DNA of 64,000 nucleotides from Candidatus Yanofskybacteria bacterium RIFCSPLOWO2_01_FULL_39_28 (GTDB lineage Bacteria > Patescibacteriota > Minisyncoccia > 2-02-FULL-40-12 > GWA2-44-9). Position 1 is the stretch's first letter, and each line of letters starts with the position of its first letter. The notes below the pieces were generated by a model. It was not told the DNA's origin. It saw only the letters and a program-made list of their open reading frames with translations, and did no database searches. Shown piece after piece: positions 16,940 to 26,418 of this stretch. The position numbers were made by a program, and so were the translations under genes. Where the stretch lies: assembly GCA_001794635.1 (NCBI GenBank), contig MGKE01000002.1:13921-77920 (forward strand), written 5' to 3'.

Positions 16940-18943
16940 ATGAACATTGGTCAGTTATCAGAACTAAGCACATTAAAGAAGCTGTATTATGAGATGCTCC
17001 GAATTCGGAGAGTTGAAGAAACAGTATCCGAACTTTATAAAGAAGGCCATATCAAAGCTCCGGTCCATCTTTCAATCGGCCAAGAGGCGGTTGCGGTTGG
17101 GGTTATGTCGGCCCTTGAAAAAAGCGACAAGATTGTCTCAACTCATCGTTGTCACGGGCATTACTTGGCTAAAGGCGGGGATATGAGCAAGATGTTCGCG
17201 GAGCTTTTAGGTAAATCTGATGGCTGCTGTTGCGGCAAAGGTGGCACAATGCATCTGTTTGATGATGAAGCTGGTCATGTTATTTCGGCGCCGCTAGTTG
17301 GAGCCAGTATTGCCTTTGCTGTCGGTCTGGGTCTGGCTTTTAAGATCAAGAATGAGAAAAAAGTTTCTGTGGCATTTTTCGGTGATGGCGCGATTGAAGA
17401 AGGAATTTTTTGGGAAAGCTTGAATTTTGCCTCTGTTCACCATTTACCAGTTTTATTTGTCTGTGAAAACAACCTTTACGCTACTCACTCCCCAATTCTA
17501 AAGCGTCAGCCGGCAGCGGAGATTGTTTCACGAGTCGGTTCTCATGGTGTCAAAACCTTTCGTGTTGCCAACGGCAATGATGTTTTGGCTGTTTCAGATA
17601 CAGCTCATCAGGCAATTAAGCTTGTTCGTAATGGTCAGCCATGTTTCATGGAAGCCGTTACTTATCGCTGGCGGGAACATTGGGGCGTAGGCGAAGATTG
17701 GCATTTAGGTTATCGGACCTTGGAAGAGGGCAAGTATTGGATAGATAACTGTCCTTTAAAGACATTAAACCGACTGCTTGTTGATAAAGCTGTTTCAAAA
17801 AATGAAATCAGCAGATTGGAAGAAAAGGTTAAACAGGAAATTGATCAAGCTGTAGATTTTGCTTTTGAAAGCAAGCCGCCGTCTGCTAACGAATTGCTTT
17901 CAGATGTCAGCGTCAGTCCTTCTTTTGTTTCTAAAGATAATATTAAATCGGATAGGAAGTTGGGTTACAAAGAAGCCGCCGCTGAAGGATTGCTTCAAGC
18001 TATGGAACTAGATGATGATGTTATTTTAATGGGCGAGGGGGTGGATAATATCACTGGAGTTTATGGCCACGTTCTGCCAGCTTATCAAAAATTCGGTTCG
18101 GTTAGGGTAATTGATACACCTCTTTCAGAAAACGGTCTTACCGGTATTGCTGTGGGAGCGGCTCTTGGAGGAATGCGCCCGATTATAATTCATCAAAGAA
18201 ATGATTTTATGCTTTTAGCCATGGATCAAATGTTCAACCAAGCTGCTAAGTTGAGATACGCTTCTGGCGGCAAGCATAAGATATCAATAACGATCCTGAG
18301 TTTTGTAGCCAGAAAACCAGGAGAAGGAGTCCAGCACTCACAAAGTCTGCATTCCATATTTGCTCATTTCCCCGGGGTTAAGGTTGGTATGCCGACTTCG
18401 CCGGCGGATGCTAAGGGTATGATTTTGATGGCTATTTTTGACGAAGACCCGGTGATTATTTTGGAACATCGTTCTTTGTTTGATAAAGTCGGACCTGTGC
18501 CGGCTGGATTTTACGTCACTCCTTATTCCGCTAATTTAGAATCAATAGGTAAAGATTTGACCATAGTTTGTTTGTCAGCGGTTATTGAACAAGTTAAAGA
18601 AGGGGTTGATATGGTAAATAATAAATATCAAATATCAGGTCAAAAAATTTGTCCGGATATCATTGATCTAAGGTGGGTTAGACCTTACGATTCCGACTTG
18701 ATTATAAATTCAGTCAGAAAAACCGGACGCTTATTGGTGGTAGATACCGGTTGGAAGCATTTTAGTGTTTCCTCTGAAATTATTGCTGCTGTTTGTGAGG
18801 ACTCTCATTCTTATTTGAAAAAACCGCCAAAACGTATTGCTATGACCGAAGCGCCGTGTCCCGCTTCTCATTTTATTGAAAAATATTATCATCCCGAAAC
18901 CGGGGGAATAGTAAAAAACATAATGGAGCTTTGTGGCGAATAA
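16940..18943 (+). CDS. Fused ThDP-dependent dehydrogenase E1 alpha-beta (acetoin/pyruvate dehydrogenase E1-like)
   Basis: The alpha part carries the ThDP motif GDGAIEEG...CENN. The beta part carries the transketolase-like pyrimidine-binding and C-terminal regions (DTPLSENGLTGIAVGAALGG...). Confidence 0.85.
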   Translation: MNIGQLSELSTLKKLYYEMLRIRRVEETVSELYKEGHIKAPVHLSIGQEAVAVGVMSALEKSDKIVSTHRCHGHYLAKGGDMSKMFAELLGKSDGCCCGKGGTMHLFDDEAGHVISAPLVGASIAFAVGLGLAFKIKNEKKVSVAFFGDGAIEEGIFWESLNFASVHHLPVLFVCENNLYATHSPILKRQPAAEIVSRVGSHGVKTFRVANGNDVLAVSDTAHQAIKLVRNGQPCFMEAVTYRWREHWGVGEDWHLGYRTLEEGKYWIDNCPLKTLNRLLVDKAVSKNEISRLEEKVKQEIDQAVDFAFESKPPSANELLSDVSVSPSFVSKDNIKSDRKLGYKEAAAEGLLQAMELDDDVILMGEGVDNITGVYGHVLPAYQKFGSVRVIDTPLSENGLTGIAVGAALGGMRPIIIHQRNDFMLLAMDQMFNQAAKLRYASGGKHKISITILSFVARKPGEGVQHSQSLHSIFAHFPGVKVGMPTSPADAKGMILMAIFDEDPVIILEHRSLFDKVGPVPAGFYVTPYSANLESIGKDLTIVCLSAVIEQVKEGVDMVNNKYQISGQKICPDIIDLRWVRPYDSDLIINSVRKTGRLLVVDTGWKHFSVSSEIIAAVCEDSHSYLKKPPKRIAMTEAPCPASHFIEKYYHPETGGIVKNIMELCGE

Positions 18944-18952
18944 TTTTTAGTT

Positions 18953-18990
18953 AAAGTCTTCAGTATTAACGCTGAAGACTTTTTGTTTTT
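18953..18990 (+). terminator. Intrinsic terminator
   Basis: AAAGTCTTCAG-TATTAACG-CTGAAGACTTT followed by TTGTTTTT. Confidence 0.75.
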
Positions 18991-19041
18991 AATGACGTTG
19001 TTTTTTTGGTTACTTTTTGCTAATCTCACGGTAATAATTAA

Positions 19042-20091
19042 ATGAGAATTCTATACGTAAGTAAAACTAGATTGGATTATTCCCTCAATTCCGTTTGGAT
19101 AAAAGGACTAAAAGAAAACGGTGTTGAAGTTTTATGTTTTAAACTGCCATCTAGCGGTGTGACCGGATATTTAAGAGCTTTGAGCTTTGTCCGCAAAGAA
19201 AAAGCTGGCTCGGATGCTCTGATTGTCGGTTATGATAGTTCTCTTCTGGCTGTTTTTTTACATCCTTTTTATTGGAAAAAAATGATCTATTGTGCAGTAC
19301 TGCCGGTGTATGAGCGGTTGGTCACCTCTCGTAAATTAGTCGGATGTTGGTCTCCCAAGAGTATTTATTATTGGCTTATTGATTTTCTGGCTTATTATTC
19401 AGCTGATTTATCAATGATAGAAAGCGATAATCAAATAGATTATATCAGCAGGCATTATTTTGTTTCAAAAAATAAATTTGTCCGATCTTGGATCGGGGCA
19501 GATGAAAATAATTTTTTTCGCGACTCCGACATACCAAAACTGCCGATTTTTACCGTTTTGTTTAGGGGAATTTTAATGCCGGAAGCGGGAGCTGAATATG
19601 TTGTCCAGGCGGCCAAAATTTTGGAAAAAGAAAAAATAAATTTTATTATGATATCTGGCGGAATGCTTTTAGCCGAAATTAAAAAACTTATAAAAAAGGT
19701 AAAGCCAAAAAATTTAGAAATTAAATCGGAACTCTTATCTTATGAAGAACTTAGAACAACAATGCAGAAATGCCACTTAAGTTTGGGCCAATTGTCTGAC
19801 CACTCTCGTTTAAAAAGGACTGTTCCGCACAAATCCTATGAGTCATTAGCGATGCGTTTGCCATATCTTACTGCGTCAAACGCTGCTATTTTTGAGTTGG
19901 TTAAAACAGGGGAGACCTGTATTTCTTGTGAACCGGCTAACGCAAAATCACTAGCTGATAAAATACTTTGGGCAAAGAATAATTACCAAGAACTTGAAAA
20001 AATAGCCGAGAACGGTTATCAATTTTATCAAAAAGAACTTAAATCTAAAATTTTAGCCCAAAAGTTATTGGACAAAATAAGCACAATTTAA
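19042..20091 (+). CDS. Putative GT-B-fold glycosyltransferase
   Basis: MRILYVS... start and a two-lobed layout, with a C-terminal lobe resembling GT1/GT4 proteins (FTVLFRGILMPEAGAEYVVQAA). No strong motif, so the assignment is tentative. Confidence 0.45.
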   Translation: MRILYVSKTRLDYSLNSVWIKGLKENGVEVLCFKLPSSGVTGYLRALSFVRKEKAGSDALIVGYDSSLLAVFLHPFYWKKMIYCAVLPVYERLVTSRKLVGCWSPKSIYYWLIDFLAYYSADLSMIESDNQIDYISRHYFVSKNKFVRSWIGADENNFFRDSDIPKLPIFTVLFRGILMPEAGAEYVVQAAKILEKEKINFIMISGGMLLAEIKKLIKKVKPKNLEIKSELLSYEELRTTMQKCHLSLGQLSDHSRLKRTVPHKSYESLAMRLPYLTASNAAIFELVKTGETCISCEPANAKSLADKILWAKNNYQELEKIAENGYQFYQKELKSKILAQKLLDKISTI

Positions 20092-20160
20092 ACTGTTGTC
20101 TTGTTAGTTCGTTTTTGCTAAGTTAATTAAAAGTTAAACCAGTTTCGGAGTTCTTTAAAA

Positions 20161-21741
20161 ATGGCAGGACAGGAATTAAAAATATTAAGACCCGATTCGG
20201 TGGCCAGATCGCCAGCGTTGCAAAAAATTGTTGCCGAACCCAGATTTATATTACTATATGCTCCCCAGCGCCATGATCCGACTTATGGCACAGTTAAGCC
20301 AGAAGTGTCTTTGGGCAATTTATATCTTGCCGCCGCTCTTCGTAATAATAATTTTGAAGTTGACGTTCTTGACTGTTGTATCGGCGGTAAAAAACATACC
20401 ATGGAAGAGGCCTTTGAAAACACGACCCCTCTTTCCAATGGAATGATAAGAGTTGGCCTTTCCCCCGAAACAATTATTAAAGAATGCCAGCATTATGATG
20501 TTATTGGCATAAGTTCTATTTTTACTCCGCAAACTTATATGGTTGAAGAAGCGGTTAGATTTCTTAGAAAATCTTATTCGGAAAAATTGATTATTATGGG
20601 CGGTATTAATGCTCGAACCCAACTAAAAAGATATTTTGATGCCGGAGCTGATCTGATTTGTCTTTCAGAGGCCGAAGATACAATAGTTGATATTGGTAAT
20701 AGTCTTAGAAGAGGAAGCCGGGACTTTTCAAATATATCCGGAATTGCGTTTAAGTATGAGGGAAAAATTCAAATTAATCCGATGGGAATGATTAATGATA
20801 ATCTGGATAAACTACCCATTCCAGCCAGAGACTTGTTGCCAAATGAGCGTATCTGGGAAATTAACCGACCTCATGGCGGCGTTACAAAACTTGGGGATTT
20901 GTACAAACCCCAGCCCTATGTCTCAATGCAGACATCGCGAGGTTGTCCTTATACGTGCAAGTTTTGCCATATTTCTTCAGAAGTAACCGGCTCATTGATG
21001 GGTAACATTGGAAAATTCCGATATCAAACCGTAGAACGGGTAGAAAGAGAAATTATTGCAATTTTGGAACTTGGTGCGAACTATATTTACATTGAAGACG
21101 ATTCTCTTTTGGCCAGAAAGAAGCGAGCGCTGGATATTTTTAAAATGCTTATAAAATATGGAATCAGATTAGGCGACGTTAATGGGGTAAATTTATCCCA
21201 TCTTCACAAAAACGACGGCACTGGCCACTTGGTAATAGATGTTGAGATGTTAGAAACAATGGCCGAAGCTGGTTTTAACCGATTGTCATTTCCCGTTGAA
21301 TCGGGGTCGCAAGAAATGATAGATGAATGGGCTTCGGAAAAAATCAGCCATACCAAATATGATATAGCCGCATTAATAAAAAAAGCTAATTCTTTGGGAA
21401 TCGAAGTTTCTAGTTGCTACTTGATTGGTTATCCGAATGAAACTTACGAACAATTGGTAGAAACCCTGAAAGCGGCCAAAATGCATCTGGATGCTGGATC
21501 TATGTATGTTAATTTTACTATGGTTACCCCTTTTCCCGGAACGGCGCTTTATGAGATTTGTATTCAGAACGATCTTCTTTTGCCGGGGATTGATATTGCT
21601 GATTTAAATTGGATGGAGCCATCAATGAAAACAAAAATTGATCCATGGTTCTTAAAATTTATTTCCAGAAAAGCCTATGAATATATCAATAGACCAGAAA
21701 GACTCCAGGTCGTCCGTTCAATGGTCCCGAAAACAGATTAA
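20161..21741 (+). CDS. Cobalamin-binding-domain (class B) radical SAM enzyme
   Basis: MQTSRGCPYTCKFC after a B12-type domain (YDVIGISSIF...LIIMGGINARTQ). Confidence 0.85.
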   Translation: MAGQELKILRPDSVARSPALQKIVAEPRFILLYAPQRHDPTYGTVKPEVSLGNLYLAAALRNNNFEVDVLDCCIGGKKHTMEEAFENTTPLSNGMIRVGLSPETIIKECQHYDVIGISSIFTPQTYMVEEAVRFLRKSYSEKLIIMGGINARTQLKRYFDAGADLICLSEAEDTIVDIGNSLRRGSRDFSNISGIAFKYEGKIQINPMGMINDNLDKLPIPARDLLPNERIWEINRPHGGVTKLGDLYKPQPYVSMQTSRGCPYTCKFCHISSEVTGSLMGNIGKFRYQTVERVEREIIAILELGANYIYIEDDSLLARKKRALDIFKMLIKYGIRLGDVNGVNLSHLHKNDGTGHLVIDVEMLETMAEAGFNRLSFPVESGSQEMIDEWASEKISHTKYDIAALIKKANSLGIEVSSCYLIGYPNETYEQLVETLKAAKMHLDAGSMYVNFTMVTPFPGTALYEICIQNDLLLPGIDIADLNWMEPSMKTKIDPWFLKFISRKAYEYINRPERLQVVRSMVPKTD

Positions 21742-21743
21742 AG

Positions 21744-22961
21744 TTAAACCTCTCTCGCAGAGAGGTTTTTATATAGTTCAATATATTGGTCAGCCATTTT
21801 TTCAATAGTAAAACTGGCTTGTATTTTATTTATAGAGTATTGTCTCATTTTTTCTATTTCTTCCGGAGACAAGTTTAATAAATATTCCAGACCGGTTTTT
21901 AGGTCGTCTGAATCTTTATATTTTGCGATATATCCGTTTACTTTGTGTTCAACCAATTCTGGAATACCACCTGTTTCAAAAGCCACAATTGGCAGTCCGC
22001 AGGCCATAGCTTCAAGAACGACCAGGGGGCAGTTATCAGCTATTGATGGGTATAGGAGAATATCGGCAGCAGAGTAGTATTTGGCTAATAAATGCTCATC
22101 GCTTATAAAACTGACCATTTGAGTGTTTTTATTAGTTTGGCTAGTATCACCGCCTAAATCAATAAAAAAGGTGTCAGAGGGGCTTTTAAGCGTTTTAATG
22201 GCCTCTTGGGCGTAGTTTCCACCTTTCCAGGGGTTAGATTGGCCTCTTTTGGCCACTATAAGGATGATTTTTTTGTCAGCTGGAAGGTTAAGTTCTTGGC
22301 GGCATTTTTGTTTGTCATGGGGTCTAAAAACAGAGTTATCTATGCCGTTATAAATTACCGACAGATCTTTATCTTTGAGGATGCTCCGGCTTACTTTTTC
22401 AGCCAGCCATTTTGAGGGGGTTACTATGTGGAATTTAGAATTTTTATAAATTTTAGCTTTTTTATTTTCCAAATACTTTTCATTATGCCAGGCAATAGGC
22501 GGATAAATATCTAAACTTGGGCAAGTAAAAAATCCATTTTCTTTTAAAGTTCCGTCAAATGAGTGGGCGCAATGAGCGGTAACCGGCCACATGTCATGGA
22601 GTGTCCAGACAATCGGCTTGAGTTTTGAAATTTCTGACAAAGCGCCGGGGTTAAAATAATTAGTATGAAGATTGTGGCAATGTATAATATCCGCTTCCTT
22701 GAATTCGGGCATTTTTAAGATGTGGTTTGATGGGAAAAAATCCAAATCATTGGCTAAATAATAAGTTAGCTTGGTTAATATTCTTCTACGCAAGTTGTTG
22801 TCAGGACGGATAAGGACAACTTCTTTGTCGTTCTTGGCGTATTTGCGAGAAACCAAAAGCGAGGTCTGGTGGCCTAATTTTTTTAATTCATTTTTTAATC
22901 GGTAAGAAACTTTACCGGCCCCACCTTTAGTATCCGCGGTATTGATTTGGAGAATGTTCAT
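21744..22961 (-). CDS. GT4-family (GT-B) glycosyltransferase
   Basis: MNILQINTADTKGGAGKV start. C-terminal EAMACGLPIVAFETGGIPELV matches the E-x7-E region of retaining GT4 enzymes. Confidence 0.85.
   Translation of the reverse strand: MNILQINTADTKGGAGKVSYRLKNELKKLGHQTSLLVSRKYAKNDKEVVLIRPDNNLRRRILTKLTYYLANDLDFFPSNHILKMPEFKEADIIHCHNLHTNYFNPGALSEISKLKPIVWTLHDMWPVTAHCAHSFDGTLKENGFFTCPSLDIYPPIAWHNEKYLENKKAKIYKNSKFHIVTPSKWLAEKVSRSILKDKDLSVIYNGIDNSVFRPHDKQKCRQELNLPADKKIILIVAKRGQSNPWKGGNYAQEAIKTLKSPSDTFFIDLGGDTSQTNKNTQMVSFISDEHLLAKYYSAADILLYPSIADNCPLVVLEAMACGLPIVAFETGGIPELVEHKVNGYIAKYKDSDDLKTGLEYLLNLSPEEIEKMRQYSINKIQASFTIEKMADQYIELYKNLSAREV
21746..21770. terminator. Bidirectional intrinsic terminator between convergent genes
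   Basis: AAACCTCTCT-CGC-AGAGAGGTTT followed by TT. It overlaps the last codons of the minus-strand GT4 gene. Confidence 0.7.
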
Positions 22962-22996
22962 GTAAACAGACTGCGTTATTGCGGCAGTATTTTATA

Positions 22997-24757
22997 TTAT
23001 AGCTTAAGAAGATAATCACCAATAATGAGTGCGTCAAGATTTGTAGACTTCGAAGTCCTTACAGCATCTTCCGGGGTTTCAATAATCGGTTCACCATTGT
23101 CGTTAAAAGAAGTGTTCAAAACAACGGGAACCCCAGTTAGTTTTTGAAATTCTTTTATAAGTGAATAAACTTTGGGGTTTTGGTTTATATTTATAGTTTG
23201 TACACGAGCGGTATTGTCTACATGGGTGACTGCTGGAATATTGTCTTTTTTTACTTTTGCTATGAGCAACATAAACGGACTTGGATAATCAAGTTCAAAA
23301 TATTCACCGGCGTTTTCTTCCAGGCAAATTGGGGCAAAAGGGCGGAATGATTCCCGGTGTTTCACTTGCGCGTTCAGCTTATCCTTCATTCCGGCCGGAA
23401 TGGGGGAGCAGAGAATGCTTCTGTTACCAAGAGCTCTGGGACCATATTCGCTTTTACCCTGGAACCAACCGATAATTTTTTCTTCAGCTAATAATTTGGC
23501 TGCAGTTTGAAAAGGGTTATCTAATTTTTCATAACGATGGCCCTTGAGAGCATTTAAAATCTCAGCATCGGAGTATTCTTTACCGGTATAGGCATTATTC
23601 ATTTGCCACTTGCGCGGGAGTTTTTTAACCTGATGGGCTACCCACAAAGCTGCGCCTAACGGCAATCCTGAGTCCCCCGATGCCGGTTGGATGAAGATAT
23701 TCTCAAAAGGAGTTTGATCCAGTATTTTTTTATTGGCAACACTGTTTAGACCGACACCGCCGGCGATGCACAGATTTTTTGATTTGGTGATATTGTGCAG
23801 ATACAGAGCGTAATCTATCATGGTCTTTTCAAGATTGTGCTGAGCCCAATAAGCAAGTTCGGTGTAAAAATTGTCAGGGAATTTAAAATTTTTAGCGGCT
23901 CGTGAATGTTCAAAGAAAATTTTTGGGATTTGAGTAAAATATTTTGTTTTTTCGTAATCTCCTGCTTTTTTAGAAAAAGAATGAGCCAGTAATTTTAAAT
24001 GTTTAATGAGGGATGATTTTCTGGAGATAGAGCTTTTTTTAAAGACATACTTTAGGCCCAATGAAGGATGGGGTTCAAAATGAGTTGGAAAAACATAACG
24101 AGAGTCACCTACTTTTTTAATAAAATGTTTCTCTGGAATTTCAGAGATAAACTTACCCTGGCCATAAGGAGCCAGACCCATTGTTTTGCCTTCCTCATGT
24201 TTACCAAAGCCGAGAAAATAGGTAACTTGTGAATAAAAATTACCGACACCGGAAAAATCCATAAGCCAGCCGGTCCATTGATTGATTGGCGCGTAATTGC
24301 GAGTGATTTGATGCAAACCATTCTCATCGCCTTGATAAAACGTCTCGGTCTCTACGCCGATTAGTTCCGTTTCTAATTTGGCTTTTTGGCCGGCGCTATC
24401 AACTATCATGACCGCCGCATCTTCAAAGGGGGAGCAAAAGAAGGCGCTGGCGGCGTGAGCGTCATGATGATTGACGAACATGACTTTATCGGCAACCTTA
24501 TCCCACCAACCCTGCCGTTTGAGCTCCTTTATCAAGGGTTCGGTGGTTATATCCATTTGTTCTATGGCAACAACATCAATCTCTCCAATTTCTTTAAGAC
24601 CAGCAGTGGAAAGGCAATAATCAACTGACTCTTTGGGAAATGCCCGTGAGTATTTTTTTCGGTCTAAGCGCTCCTGAGATATGGCGATGACTTTACTATC
24701 TATCAACAAAGCGGCGCCGGTATCGTGGCCTAAAATTTTTAAACCTAAAATATTCAT
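22997..24757 (-). CDS. NodU/CmcH-family carbamoyltransferase
   Basis: MNILGLKILGHDTGAALL...ISQERLDRKK, FVNHHDAHAASAF and a C-terminal LNTSFN motif. Confidence 0.85.
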   Translation of the reverse strand: MNILGLKILGHDTGAALLIDSKVIAISQERLDRKKYSRAFPKESVDYCLSTAGLKEIGEIDVVAIEQMDITTEPLIKELKRQGWWDKVADKVMFVNHHDAHAASAFFCSPFEDAAVMIVDSAGQKAKLETELIGVETETFYQGDENGLHQITRNYAPINQWTGWLMDFSGVGNFYSQVTYFLGFGKHEEGKTMGLAPYGQGKFISEIPEKHFIKKVGDSRYVFPTHFEPHPSLGLKYVFKKSSISRKSSLIKHLKLLAHSFSKKAGDYEKTKYFTQIPKIFFEHSRAAKNFKFPDNFYTELAYWAQHNLEKTMIDYALYLHNITKSKNLCIAGGVGLNSVANKKILDQTPFENIFIQPASGDSGLPLGAALWVAHQVKKLPRKWQMNNAYTGKEYSDAEILNALKGHRYEKLDNPFQTAAKLLAEEKIIGWFQGKSEYGPRALGNRSILCSPIPAGMKDKLNAQVKHRESFRPFAPICLEENAGEYFELDYPSPFMLLIAKVKKDNIPAVTHVDNTARVQTININQNPKVYSLIKEFQKLTGVPVVLNTSFNDNGEPIIETPEDAVRTSKSTNLDALIIGDYLLKL

Positions 24758-25482
24758 GCTATTTTAGCGTGGATAAAATAATAATTTCTAGGTATGGGTG
24801 GGAATATCCTTCTCTTTAAAAATTTATAAACTTTTATCGGATTAATAAGTTTCTTAAAAGTGGTTGAGTTAAAGCCAACTCCATTTTTTTTAGAGTTAAA
24901 AATAACCGGCGAGTTATAAGCAAAAACGTCTATGATTTTGAGGCCGTTTTGTTCTATCATACCTTTGAAATCATCTACACTTGTTGATTCTGTGTGTTCT
25001 TGTAACAATATAGAGCCCGTTGGTTTTAAAAATTTACGTATATCTCGGTAGAATTTTTTATGAATGTTAAACTGCGGATCGTATAAAGTTATATCTTTTT
25101 TATATTCTTCTTCGTTTTTGGCAAGAACATGAGGAGGGTTACCAACAACTAAATCCCATTTTTCTGTTTCGGGTATGGCATCTAAACAGTCAGAAAGATA
25201 TGCAGCAACTTTTGATTCTAAACCATTTTTACTAATTGTTTCGTTTAAAACCTTAATCGCTTCTGGATTTATATCCGCTACGGTTAATTTGTCACAAAGA
25301 TTATTAGCTAACAGAGAAAAGCCGATAAATCCAGGTCCAGAGCAGAATTCAAATACATGATCAATGTGGCCAAATTTTTCTTTAACAACCGGAATAAACT
25401 GCTGTCCGAATCTAATTCCTCCGCCATGCAAGTTCTCCTTGTATACAACTTCTATATCATTGTATTTGATATATTTTTTCAT
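24754..25482 (-). CDS. Class I SAM-dependent methyltransferase with an NPPH motif (N-methyltransferase type)
   Basis: Motif I EFCSGPGFIG and motif IV VVGNPPHV. ATGA overlaps on both sides. Confidence 0.75.
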   Translation of the reverse strand: MKKYIKYNDIEVVYKENLHGGGIRFGQQFIPVVKEKFGHIDHVFEFCSGPGFIGFSLLANNLCDKLTVADINPEAIKVLNETISKNGLESKVAAYLSDCLDAIPETEKWDLVVGNPPHVLAKNEEEYKKDITLYDPQFNIHKKFYRDIRKFLKPTGSILLQEHTESTSVDDFKGMIEQNGLKIIDVFAYNSPVIFNSKKNGVGFNSTTFKKLINPIKVYKFLKRRIFPPIPRNYYFIHAKIA

Positions 25483-26375
25483 AGCCCCTTTATATCATTA
25501 AAATTTATCATCGGAAAGACATCTAGAAAACTATCCGGAGTTGCGTTGTAAATTTTAAGATTAGGATTGGTCTTTAGCGCCTTAGCATTGAATAAACGAT
25601 AATTTCTAAATAACTGCAAAGTATTTGCCATATTTTGTTCGTAATTTGAGTTAATAAGTTTTGGTCTTAAATATTTTTTAAGAACTTCCTCGCTGGCAGT
25701 GTCTAATTTGGAAGTTTCGTCTTCGTGGCTATGAATATACCCAAGCGATTTACTGGGACCAAGAGGTTGAGCTAAAAAACTATGTTCACAGCCAAGCAGA
25801 TAAATTTCATTAAAACCCATCCAAACAGCGGTCATCAGGCACATTAAAATTGAATTTTTAGGATTAGGAACATATCGGTTCAGATTTATGTTGAATGGTA
25901 GTTTATTGGTAAATATTCCTTGAGTACCAACATAATAAATCCGATGATTTTTAAATAGGCCATATTTTTCAACAAACGGTTTAGCCCCAATATTAAGAAT
26001 CATCACGGTTTCTATGGGTATGTAGCGATCTTTTTCTTTAAAACTATCAGTCCAATATTCTGGTCCGTCCTCGGTAAAGTAGTCAGACTCGCTGATTATG
26101 TGGAATTTTGGTGATAAAGCTCTGTTTTGAGGATTTCTTTCAAATTCATTGACTACAAAAGTATATTCTTTATTTAATTTTGAAAGATCGGTATTGGCCA
26201 TAGACGGTCCAGCGCCAATAAGAAAACAGCGTTGGCCGGCATATTTGTTTTTAAGTTCTAAATTTTTTGAAAGAATCTTTTGGTTTTGCAGGCTATAAAT
26301 ACGGGGAGCTATGTAGTTCCGATAAAAATAGCTGGGAATATAATTGATTTTCTTGATCATATTGTTTAATATCAT
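25479..26375 (-). CDS. DUF115 / MptE-like protein (Maf-type putative nonulosonate transferase)
   Basis: CFLIGAGPSM and IYLLGCEHSF resemble the MAF_flag10/DUF115 signature. It is adjacent to the nonulosonate genes. Confidence 0.5.
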   Translation of the reverse strand: MILNNMIKKINYIPSYFYRNYIAPRIYSLQNQKILSKNLELKNKYAGQRCFLIGAGPSMANTDLSKLNKEYTFVVNEFERNPQNRALSPKFHIISESDYFTEDGPEYWTDSFKEKDRYIPIETVMILNIGAKPFVEKYGLFKNHRIYYVGTQGIFTNKLPFNINLNRYVPNPKNSILMCLMTAVWMGFNEIYLLGCEHSFLAQPLGPSKSLGYIHSHEDETSKLDTASEEVLKKYLRPKLINSNYEQNMANTLQLFRNYRLFNAKALKTNPNLKIYNATPDSFLDVFPMINFNDIKGL

Positions 26376-26418
26376 TATTATGTTACCACGGGGTGTTTAA
26401 AAGACAAGTTGACACTTT

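Noticed and set aside
22962-22996. A possible terminator hairpin (ACTGC...GCAGT) between the GT4 and carbamoyltransferase genes.
   Set aside because: The stem is only about 5 bp with a large loop and no clear T run, so it is too weak to call.
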